In this document: positions 24,414-36,515 of the stretch, one piece after another
Layout of the letters: the number at the start of each line of letters is the position of its first letter
Numbering within the stretch: position 1 is the stretch's first letter
DNA from: Trichoplax adhaerens
Lineage: Eukaryota; Animalia; Placozoa
Assembly (NCBI RefSeq): GCF_000150275.1
Contig: NW_002060946.1
Location: 7,608,829-7,672,828 of the forward strand
Direction of reading: 5' to 3'
DNA: 64,000 bases
The notes under the pieces: model-generated
What the model was told of the DNA's origin: nothing
Databases searched by the model: none
Seen by the model: the letters and a program-made list of their open reading frames with translations, nothing else
Made by a program: the position numbers and the translations under genes

Positions 24414-27400
24414 ATGAGTACTGGGAGATTGAGAACGACATCTTTTGCCGACAATCATGCCAAACCGCAGCATACCGTCGTTGGCGATCTGAAAGTAACC
24501 CGTAAGTAAGAATTATAATGCACCAATCATGTTTAAAATCTCTTGAACCATATGTACCTTGGAGCTACTTGCTATCATAGCATTTAAACTATGTCGCATG
24601 CATGAAAGTAGCAAATGATCCATCTTACTTTGGTTGTATCACTGTATGATGTGAAATGATGTACATATCAAATTGCTAACATGGAATGGATCGCTTTAAA
24701 AAGAAAGAAATAATAATACGTGGATACCCTTGGACTTGTTATTTAGTACAGTTACTAGTAAAGTAGGCGGCATTTTTTTTTCCCATACTTTACAGTCGGC
24801 TGAAAGGTTAATTCAGTAAAGTATATTGCATAAAAGCTCATTCACGCTTTTAAAGTTGTATCGTTGTCGATATTTCTCCATTCGATCCAATTCAATGTAG
24901 TTCATCCATATCGTAGAATTAAGTGAAGATGCGCCAACCTCAATTATCAATGATACTCTGTTAACGCCAATTGCTCTCCATTTACAACATGAAGTGGCTA
25001 GTAGAGTCAAGACTTTTAAGTGAGATTTTACAAATTATAAATTAGGATAATATCATTTCCATCTTTTTTATCTTCGACTCTTTTTTTTCCCCTACCGACT
25101 AGATGCCAGCTAAGTTACAGTAGCTTAACCGTCGTGTAGTTGAAGTCCAATGATGCAACTGAGTTATTGTATAAAACAACATCATTTCATATTCAATCAT
25201 ATTTGAATTATGTTTGATGAATATCTTTCAACATAAACTTCAACGTACAAGTACCCTTACTCTATTTTACAAACTCCTTTTGTTGTCGAAGCTAGTAATG
25301 ACCTTTTTTCCCCATAGTTCCAAGGATTCAATAGTTAATTAATCTTCATTCTCTTTTGATGGTAGATGGTTAAACTCAGTTTATCCACCTTTAGATGAGT
25401 AGACGTTTAAACTCTCGAATCATAAAACTTAAGAGAGTTATGACCATTGGAGAGATAAACTATAACACGAGTTACTGTAATATTGCAGGATAGTTGGGTA
25501 TTATCTATCTGTCTATGTTATTTTCATTAAATGCACGCTTTACATTCTGTAGCAGACGGACCTTTATCGCAGTAAATATACAGTAGAATTCAATGATATA
25601 TATATATATATATATACATAAAATAGGATAATGTAGGGTAAAATTGGATTTATACATGTTTGTATCCTATTTACTATTATACCTATCAATTGAAAGTGAA
25701 AAAGTTGACATGACTTCAATGCCATAGTCGCAGTACAAATAGCTCTAAAATCGCACTTTGTCTCGTACATAAATTAAACAGTACTGTATGGACAGTCAAT
25801 GAGCGGGAAATAACGTTCTTGAATGATAAACAAAATGAAATATTCATTGTATGGTGGCCTATATCACCATGATTATTATATTAATGTAGAAAAGAACGAT
25901 CGGAAAGATCATGATCTAGAGTGCAAGAGTAGTGGTCTGAAACTGTCAATTGAAGTAGCGATGAAGGAAACGATACTATAAAGATGATTCTGTCATTATA
26001 CTAACAATAGTCAAAGTATGCTATAAAAGTTTCCATTTCGATTAAGTTGAGAAAGAAAAAGAAAAGTGAATTACATAGTACAGTAATAGCCGTCTTGATT
26101 GTTTAAGTTTGTCTTATTACTATCAATCGAGTCTAGGTTGCTGACCATTTGTGTCAACGTTTAAAATAGGTCCAGGTTAAAAGATGGCATAACATGGAAG
26201 AATTAGAATTATTTAAATGGAGTTTATGAAAGAATATTGTAGATTGTGTTATGCCATAGTAATAAGATTCTAATCATGATGCTGGGACGTAACATTGTTA
26301 CAACAATAAATGAATCATGTTTAATTTATCATTTATTTAAGAATTTTTTTATTTTATATTGTTATCTTTATGAAAACGAAATGACATTCTATACTGTAGT
26401 GTATATTATAAATTGATGTCTAACGGAGTCAAGTTAATTCTATCCAATTTACCCTATCATTGCCCCTTTTCTCAACTTTATTCAAACAGTTCATTATTGT
26501 TCAAGGTATTTTTATTCTTAATATACAGTAGGTAGACACTATAGAAATGATCAATATCTGTTTTTAAATTCGAATAAGTCATCATTCAGAAATGATATTG
26601 ATTGACCATTGACAAGTTATACCTGTACCTTGCTCATGCAATAGGTGATAAGGATGGCCAACGAATTACAAGTGTTCAAGCAACTTATGGACAACTTCCT
26701 GATCGTAACGAAGAAATTAGCTATACCGATACAAAAGTTATTGGTAATGGCAGCTTTGGTGTAGTCTACTCAGCGAAATTGTTAGGCAATGAAACTGAAA
26801 TTGTTGCTATTAAGAAAGTATTGCAGGATAAACGATTCAAGGTTTGTCGTTTTAATTTAATTTGCAATTAATATTGATTTCTTTTCGACTTTAATCTTGT
26901 TAACGCTATTTCGTATTCAGATGGATAGTAATTTTATCGTACTTATTATCCTTAAGTGTACTTGATTAATTGTCGTTCTATACATCACTATAAAACCAAA
27001 AATATGATCATTAATCTACTTTTAAAATCTCTGCTTTCAATATTATTCTACAAGAATATTTCCTTCTTTGTTGTCTTGTTAAAAGGCTCCGCTATACTTA
27101 TTACTATTATATATTGTCGTAATTTGGGTACTTAATAATACACGAATGATCGCATGAAAACAATCGTTTAATATTACTCTTTCTGCCTCATTACTGCGGG
27201 TAAAAATAATGGTTATAGTAATGATAATAATGTTAGCTGGTTGGAATCATAATCGCTACTATCAACTAATAAATCGACAACCAGAACGATTGCAATAACA
27301 AGATACACTTTAATATCTCTATCTGATTCTTGATAACTGCACTAATTTTTGTTTTTTTTCATCCTTCAACTATTTTGCTACTGTTATCAATTACATTGAA

Positions 27401-29679
27401 CATTTCTTTTTGTCATTTTTATTTTTAAATCGAATAATTTTGATGATTGTTGTTTTTAATTAATCCATCAATTGATTCATGTTGCACTCAATAACAAGTT
27501 TGAGAAATAGAGAGCAATTTACTATTCCAAAAAAAGAATGTTTATTGCATTTTTGTAGATAATCACCTTATGTAATTGACATTCCTAAAGCTAATATTAT
27601 TGATGCATTATTTTTTGCTGATAGAATCGTGAATTGCAGATTATGAGACGATTAGACCACATCAATATCGTGAAATTGTTTTACTTTTTCTATTCAGCCG
27701 GCGATAAGGTCAGTATAGAAAATTAGTTCGATTCAAAATACTTAAATATAATTAATTGAATACGCAATCATATTAATGAACAGCGCAATGTTTTCTATAT
27801 GATGCCATTTTATAGCCATTAATTGGGCTTAAATAACTTGTACATTGGAAATTTTTATTCATTTTTTTTTTTATTTTTAATTAATTTTTGTAGTAATTGC
27901 AATATTTAACAAATTTATACTTGAAAAATTAGTCATGTTGTGTTACCAATTCACCTATTGCCTTAAGTTTAATGCGATGCACTAATTAATAATGATGATG
28001 ATAAATCTTCTTAATTATTCACAGAAGGATGAAATATTCCTCAATTTGGTATTAGAGTTTGTCCCAGAAACTGTCTATCGTGTTGCCAGACATTTTACTA
28101 AACAAAAACAGTCTATGCCAATCTTCTTTGTCAAGGTAAAAATCAAAATCAAAATGTAAATAAAATTCTTCAATTCTCCACACCCTCTATTTTGACATTT
28201 TGAAACACTTATTTATGACAGCTTCATCTGTATCAACTGTTTCGATCTTTGGCCTACATTCACTCTCATGGTATATGTCATCGTGATATCAAACCACAAA
28301 ATTTGTTGTTGTACCCAGATACCGGTCTTTTAAAGTTGTGTGACTTTGGAAGGTAACGATGTGACAGTTTTACTAATGAGAGTCAATTAAAGTTTGTGTA
28401 GTATTGTTGTAAAGTACGATCAATTTTATTTATCCCATATAATTGAAATTATGTATAGATATATATATATGTTAAATCATAATTTATTGCTATGTTGCTG
28501 TTATTATTCTGCAGTTTCAACGACTTGTATTACATACGAGTTTTTATCTTGTTAACAAGGGTTTAATCGAAAAAAAAGAGTTAACTAAATTGCAATTGAA
28601 TGTATTTTTAATATACAGTGCAAAGGTATTAGTCAAAGGCGAACCCAACGTTTCATATATCTGTTCACGCTACTATCGTGCACCTGAACTAATATTTGGA
28701 GCTACAGATTACACTGTGAAAATCGGTACGTTAATATTTTATATTAATTTATTCACCAGTATCGGTTATGTCACAGTAAACACATAGCTTTTATTCTAAT
28801 TTTGTCTTCTTTGTAACGCAAATAATACACACATTCGAATTAATGAGAGGATTTATTATATCTACTCGTACATTAGATACGTGGTCGGCTGGATGTGTTT
28901 TAGCTGAACTTTTATTAGGACAGCCCCTCTTTCCTGGTGAAAGTGGAGTCGATCAGTTAGTAGAGATCATTAAAGTTTTAGGGACACCAACCAGAGATCA
29001 AATTCGTGATATGAATCCCAATTATACTGAATTTAAATTTCCTCAAATCAAAGCTCATCCATGGGCAAAAGTAAGATCAATTATTTACAAAATTTTTTCA
29101 GTTAATACTCACTCTAGTGTTATTCTTTACATAATAATAACACTCCATCGTTTATTATCGATCGTCTGTTTTATCCTGTTGTAATATATCTCATTTATAT
29201 TATTCAGGTCTTTCGAACAAGGACCTGTAGCGAGGCAATTGCTTTAATAGGCAAACTATTAGAGTACACGCCATCCAAGCGATTATCAACATTGGATTGT
29301 CTAGCACATAATTTCTTTGACGATTTAAGACAACCGGGTTGCAAAATGCCAAATGGTAGAGAATTACCACCACTTTTTAATTTTACTCCTCATGGTATGT
29401 AATTTCTGCTCAATTAAAAGTTGAAGGACACCTTATTTTTTTTTTATTATAGTAAATTATACGCTGTCTATTATCGTACCCTAGAAGTACGATCTTGTCC
29501 ACTGCATATAATAATCAATTTAAAAATTTTTTTTCATCTTTCGTACTACAGAACTGTCCATTCAACCAAGTCTAAACTCTATCTTAGTACCTTCGTATAA
29601 GTCTTCAACAAAGACTGACGGCCCTTCTGCTGGAGCTAGTAATGACAACGTATCAAATGCTGCTGCTGCATCTTCGTAA
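24414..29679 (+). CDS. GSK3: Glycogen synthase kinase 3 (GSK3-beta/shaggy-like), 408 aa, 9 coding exons
   Basis: Exons 24414-24501, 26645-26841, 27625-27708, 28025-28135, 28222-28352, 28619-28725, 28877-29070, 29208-29394 and 29552-29679 are all GT-AG and sum to 1227 nt in frame. Motifs: [68 protein letters not shown]. Confidence 0.98.
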
Positions 29680-32600
29680 ATTTAATTGTATGTATTCTTG
29701 TTTGCACCGTAATACTGCTTTTACTAAGGCCGATTTGGTAGTGAATCATTTTTTGTTAAAAATTGTGTTGATAAAGATGCCTTCGATATTACAAAAATTC
29801 AATAGGAAGATAGATTTTTTTTTTACTTTCAGCGAGTTAACAGGTGCAAAAAATGAAACTTTAATAGATTATTTTGTACTTGTACAGTTTTATCCGGTTG
29901 GATTGGTATGATATTGCTAGCGCAATGATTATTTACCGTAATAGTGAATTGATTAATTAATTAATTATTATAAATTGCCAACAAACGTTCGTTGAAGACA
30001 TTCTGTAATCACACAGTTATAGCAGTACTCATAATATCGGAGTGCTGAAGTTAACTTTTGTTCTCGTTGCTGTGATATGTAGTTGCTATTGTTGATTATC
30101 GGTAATCTTGTACAGGAAAATATAATACGTGCCATGTGGGATACTGTAATGCAATGCTAGAGAATAGCTTTGTGTCTTGAAACTGATGAAGTGTAATAAT
30201 TTCGCTTAATAATAATATTGATGTATTTGTCATTGCAATTGCCATTTTGGCTGCAGTAGTGTATTACAGTATTTTTTTTTTTTAGTCATCACGGCAACAT
30301 TAAGCATTGTAAACTCATTTGGCCTTACCATTGTGTAAACAAATGTGTAAATTGTATGCTCTAATTTTAAAATCAGTGTAGTTGTGTATGAGGTACTTGG
30401 ATTGGTTAGGTTTTCAACAACTTGACAATCAATGTCGGATTATGTAAACCTGTTCTTTCGGCTAGAAATTAATCAATCGTTAGTTATATTCTAAATGGAA
30501 TGTTATCTTATACCCCGAAGTTATTCTTCTTATTATTAACATATACTGTAGCCTATTAATTATTATTAGATAGTTCGATCTTGCATATGGGAATACCTTG
30601 GTATATCCCTATAACTATATATTAATACGGTATATCTTTTAATCTTTTACTTTTCCCAGCTGACATTGTACAACGATTGTGTACCTATGCGAATCAGTAG
30701 TACTTGTCTCATTAGTCAGCTCATTTAATTCATTCTATTTGGCTAGTTTCAATGCAATTAGCAAATGGCATCAATTGTTATGAATAAGTATATGGTTTAT
30801 AACTATGATAATGCTAACTAATTGCTGAGCCAAAAATTATTGCTTGAATGTAAATCTGTTGTCTCTGTAAGAGTTATTGCCGTTGTATTCAATTCCCGTA
30901 TTACTTTTGACTCTAAGGAGAAAATGGATCGCTCATTTAATATTTCGTAGTTTGACCTTAACGCATTCAAGATTGGCATTATTACTGCTATTTGGCATTT
31001 ATTTTAACCCAATAGAATGATGATAAGATATTTCAAAGTTATTGTATTGCATTTTTAGATCACTCCTATACGCTGTACATTTTAATCTTTTTATGTTAAT
31101 GTTGCAATTTATCATCTGCACTGTGGTTGATGTCGATTATAATGATTGTACAATTTACAGTGGAATAAAGAGTTGTAACGTTAAACATAAAGTCGTAAAT
31201 TGAACCAGTTTTAAATCTTCTGTATCAATCATCCCTTTCATTACTAATGGATAGGTCAAGCTCAGTCGAATGCATGACACAAGTCAAGCCAAATAAGTTA
31301 CGACTCGTACTTCACAATAGTTTCAAAATAGATTAAATTTCCATTTCATCTAGTAATACTAATATAATCTGCAGTAGTTGGAGTAAATTCGTAATACGAA
31401 TGAAGTGATACATAGATTGTACCTGAGGAGTACATATCTTCGCCAAGATACAATTTCATACCCGTATTTTTGGATGCGGCTTCATAGTTAATACCTGGAT
31501 AGAGTAATAACCCAAGTTTCGAATGATCATGACTCAAATGCAGTTAAGATTTTGTATTGAGAAAGGAAGAAAAACTTAGCTAACACTGTTACTGCAGTAC
31601 AGAATATACGACATTTGAATCCTGACTCTTACAATATAGTGTTCTCGCTAATGACTATACAGAAATAGCAAAGTAAGCATCGTTACTGCTGATAAAGTAT
31701 TGTATTACTATACATTTTTCTACTGATAGTTTCTTAGCTCACATAAGCCATCGCTCCGCTCCGTTATCTTACTGTTGATAAGTTCGCTCATTTATTGGCG
31801 GATGTAAGTCGTTAAATAGCGCTATTCCAACCGTTCAATAGTTTATATAGTGACATTAAGGTGAAAATAGCAAAAGTTCAATCGATCAACTCTTCTAGAA
31901 GTATTCCCGTAAGACATATTTTTCTTTCTTTTCTTGTAACAAATTACCAATATTTTGAAATTGTAACAGCTACGATAGTGATTACAATCGATGTTGAATG
32001 AATTACAATTACAAACTTTAATTGGTAGGTACGATAGTTAAAGTTATAAGAAACGATAGCAGTCAAATTATGGATATTCAAAATTTGAATAGCAGCTTTT
32101 TTTCATGATAGAATTATATCATCACGTTATTATAATTAATTAATCATAACTTAATTGCCACAATTTTGACGGCAAATTATGCATATTATGCAGATATTAT
32201 TTTAATATGACTTTCCTATTAGAAATTCTAAACGTGGATATAGCTCAAATTATCTTAGCTTCATTAAATTAAGATTATAAGAAAATAAAGTACCGTACTA
32301 GGCCGATGGTATACATGGTGAGTTACATAACTATCAGTAAAAACCATTGGCTGTCGTAAAGTTTGCCAAATATATTATTCATTAAAGTGCATTACGTAGC
32401 TCGTTTTTTAACTGAAGAGAAATTATAGTAGATGCAATACACGTGTTATTATAATGTTGGGATTGTAAGTCCGTTAGACAGGTGAATATTATTCATGGAA
32501 TAACGATGATAACGATTTAGAAATACGTACTTGCTTAGCAATCTTATCTGTTTGAACACCGGTTAAAATATCAGAAAATAAAAATTTAGGCTTGGTCTTG

Positions 32601-32778
32601 CTACGATGATTGATTTGTTGCCGACGGAAAATCGATACTAAGTATGATCGATACCTACAGAATACTGTAGATTGCATTCTTAATCATGGTGGCACTTATT
32701 GTGAACACTGTTCACGGTAGCTAGATCTTTGGAATAGGTTTAGTGACCTTGATAATCTATGTCCATCGATTAGCAAAT

Positions 32779-33855
32779 TTACATTTCAGTGGCACTACTT
32801 TGATTTCCTTCAATTCTGCTACTATTATGGATTAAGCTTTGTTGAGTTATGGTCCGTTTAATTGCTGGCGATTGGCCAGGTGATGTTGGTAGGATTTTAT
32901 GATGAAATAGTTGCCATGTTGCATTTTTATAGGCATCACTTAACGTAACTAAGACTAATGGATTAACAACACCATAAACATAACCTAACAGATGAGCAAT
33001 AATGAAGAAAGCTCGAAAAGTACAAAAATTTTTCCGGATATAGGCCGTTGAAAAAGCAATTAATATCACACAAATAAAAATTGGTAGCCAACATAAGAAA
33101 AATGATCCTGAAAGTATCCATAAGATGTTTGTAACTTTGCGATTATTTTTAACAGCAGCCTCTCCTAATCGTTCACGGACTTCTATATTATGATGTCGTA
33201 GATTATAAGCTAAACAACTGTATAATAGCATGATAATTGCAAATGGTATCAAATATACAATCATCAATAATATACTTGTATATATTAAATTGTGTAGCTC
33301 ATAAGAATGAAATCTGTACGTACAAAAAATTGTAGTCTGAAGATCACGAAAAACTGGTGATATCACAGAGGGTAAAACGATAGAAATGCCAACCAGCCAG
33401 ATCACAACGATCCCAATGGAGGCTTGTGATTTAGTTAAGCTTCTGTTCCTGTAGTTAGCCACTGCACGATAGCGTTCTACTGTCATAAATTCCATAGTTA
33501 GCATTTCAACAATAGCTAAAGCATTGGTTAGAGATCCATAGAAGTAGCATAACGCATCATTGGCAAACCAGTAGCCTAGAATATCACGGCTTAATGCTAT
33601 GGGTAAACTAAGACCTGTTAATAGTAGATGAGTTATGGCTAAATTAAAAATCATCAAATGCATGGAAGTTCGAAATTTTCGATGAAAGTTCTTGATGATA
33701 ACGCAAACAATAACACTATTGCCAAACATAGCGAGGATAAAGACGATCACATAGAAAATGATTAATACTATAAAAGGCGCAGGTAATGTTGTTATGCTGC
33801 CGCAAATCCTTGCCTCTGCACCGGTGCTGCTGCTATTGTTAAAGGGGAAATTCAT
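32779..33855 (-). CDS. Intronless class A (rhodopsin-like) GPCR, neuropeptide-receptor-like, 358 aa
   Basis: Seven hydrophobic segments. Motifs: N-terminal sequon NNSS, TM1 GN, TM2 NLA, YWF...LC before TM3, ERY, TM5 YLIP, TM6 FFLCWLP, TM7 NPLV, and a Ser/Thr-rich tail. Confidence 0.93.
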   Translation of the reverse strand: MNFPFNNSSSTGAEARICGSITTLPAPFIVLIIFYVIVFILAMFGNSVIVCVIIKNFHRKFRTSMHLMIFNLAITHLLLTGLSLPIALSRDILGYWFANDALCYFYGSLTNALAIVEMLTMEFMTVERYRAVANYRNRSLTKSQASIGIVVIWLVGISIVLPSVISPVFRDLQTTIFCTYRFHSYELHNLIYTSILLMIVYLIPFAIIMLLYSCLAYNLRHHNIEVRERLGEAAVKNNRKVTNILWILSGSFFLCWLPIFICVILIAFSTAYIRKNFCTFRAFFIIAHLLGYVYGVVNPLVLVTLSDAYKNATWQLFHHKILPTSPGQSPAIKRTITQQSLIHNSSRIEGNQSSATEM

Positions 33856-36142
33856 ACTTGAATTAAAATTGTCGCTTGCAGATCATTAAATATGAAATAA
33901 GGCTTGAATCAAGATAAATCTATCTAAATCATAGCATTCTAATGACCAAATGACTGTTAATATCGCAATAAATTAGATTTTTGTGGCACAGTAACGAATT
34001 AATATTGAAACTGTTGTTGTGTTAGGATCCTGAATTTGCTAATTGAGAAAACCGTATCGGACGGAAATTTTGGATAATTAATTATATACGGTAAATAATA
34101 AACTTGCTTAGTCGATCAACTACATATACGAAAATTTATTGCCCTCATATATCAAATTGGTTAATGCTTTACTTGTATTTCATGTATTAAAAGTAAATCC
34201 CTAATATATGAAAAGGCTTGCTTGATTAGCGATTGAAGGAGTACACTTGTGGAGATATATATTTTCCGCTAAACGGAAGCGTGACTAGCAATAAATCCCA
34301 AAACTTATGTTATTTCGTCTTTATGGCGTCGGATAGCCGGCTGATAGTTGTATTAATAAAACTATTATTATGTACTCCCGTATGAGTACTGATTCAATAT
34401 TTTAATGTATCTGTTTGGATATCCATTGGATAAATAGATCGTTTCTAAATTATTAGTTCTATTAGCCTAATATCTGCGGTATCTTTTATTCTCTGGAAAT
34501 AACAGAAGGTCCTGATTCTGAAATAATCCAATCACCCAATTAACAAAAATATAAATATTGATTGTGGATTAACTTGCACTTATTGCTTTGAAAGTGCTAC
34601 AGGTAGATTAACACTTATATTCTCCAATGTTGTAAATTATTACGATTTTTTTTTTCAATCCGAATTGTATCAATACCAGCGGTGGTGCAGTGATAAAAAA
34701 TAAAGCCGGCTAATTAGATTTGCCTGAGATTCAACAGCAGCATCGCTGGTGTGGATGTAAACTTTCTTTAAGAGCAAGGTTTCTACCCTTTTACCTATAT
34801 AACGTATAGTACAAAGCCAACCGCAGGACTTGTTCGAGATAAACCAATTTTTTTTATGCTGTTTTGACAGAAATCGTTGTGCTAGTTTATTAGGACTGAC
34901 CAAAAATGGACTTCATGAGCACAGTTTTTTCCTCTAGGTCTAGATAAGAGAAAATAATAACACATTCAATAGCTTTTTTTTCCATTTTGTGTGAATAATT
35001 TCACTTGAGATTTAGATTAATTCACTTACGACACTAGTTAATGATTGATTTTATGGCTTAATTGTCAGTAGGCACGGCAAAAGTTATCTCTTAAGCATCA
35101 ATCAATGCCGAATGCAACTGGAAGCAAAATGGTAAGAGACACTGTTGCGTGTTGATTTTATATTGATAAGTGCCGATGATAGAATTGGACGAATAGGATT
35201 TCGTACAGTTACTTATTTACTGAATGCAGAATACATTACATTGGCTTTGCCAGTAATAATTATATCGATCACCTAGCATTATGTAGAAAATAAATATTTA
35301 TTATGTAGATTTAAAAATAAAACAAATTTGCTGTACTGTATACTTAATTGTACGTGAGCCATTAGAATAGCGAGTATTCATCGCTAGGGCTGATTCAACA
35401 ACCTTTTAAAGTATTCTTAACCGTAAATTAGTACTTGTAGAAAGCATTTCTGCTTTCACTATACGATTTAATTTTTGCTAATTCAGATGGTTGAACAAGG
35501 AAACAAGTTCTATTGGACGAACAACAATTTATAAAACGACTGGCTTGAATATATATTGTTCTCACAATAGAATTATAATTTACTAGAAGTCTCTTTGATC
35601 GCGTGCTTATTGCTATTTCGGTAAGCTTTAATTTACTATTCCAACAAAAGTTAGCGACCTATAGTGTCAATATCATGACACTAAATCACCAATCAGCTCT
35701 TCATCTTGAAATGAAGAAAGAGTGGTTATTGTCAGCTTCAATTAATGCAATAGTCAATGGCGAATAATGGTGTAATTAACTAAAAACTAAATTCTATTGA
35801 TCTCGGCATTTAATTCGGTATCAATACAGGAGGAGAGTTAGTAATACAACCAGTATAATTATAATGTAACTTATTAAATACATATTCCCGCATTCATTTT
35901 CTGCCTAGGAGTCTAACCGAGCAATTAATTCTCTTTGTTGGTAATCAGGAATTAAATCATGAATTGAACTATAGGATGCTATGGAAATAGTCTTTATAAC
36001 GGCGGAATCTTGCAGTCAGTAGCGAGAATATACGTGCATATACATTAGTTCGTTTTAAGATGCATGCGGCTTGTTTAATAAAAAAGTTACGATCGTTTGG
36101 CTGAGTAAGTAAAAATAGAGCAACTACTGGTATAGCTCTGTA

Positions 36143-36515
36143 TAGGATGGCAAAAATATAAAGTAATTAGTTTACTTAGCATATTGAGTGATGCTTTTAC
36201 CTATCCTTACGTCATCAAACGGGCATACTAATTATGAGGTCCGGAAAATGTTGAAGTTTACAGTATTGATTTGGATTTGACAGTGGGATCCACTGTTACG
36301 ACTAGAGCATAAGATTTGTAGTTAGTATTTGATAGGATACGAGGGTAAAAATATAAAGTAATCAGTTTATATAGTGTACTGAACAATGCTTTACCAATCT
36401 TTACGTCATCAAATAGGCTCTCAAATTGTGAGTGAGGAAAATATTAAAGTTTATGGTATTAATTGCGGCATGATAGCTGGATCTACTGTTATGCTTACAG
36501 CATATGATTTGCAGC
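36143..36515. repeat. Diverged tandem duplication, about 195-bp period
   Basis: AAAAATATAAAGTAA starts at 36152 and 36347. Both copies continue colinearly with ATGCTTT.ACC, TTACGTCATCAAA, GGAAAAT, AAGTTTA, GGATC.ACTGTTA and GATTTG.AG. Confidence 0.8.

Noticed and set aside
25596-25616. (AT)n microsatellite in GSK3 intron 1
   Set aside because: Ordinary simple repeat.
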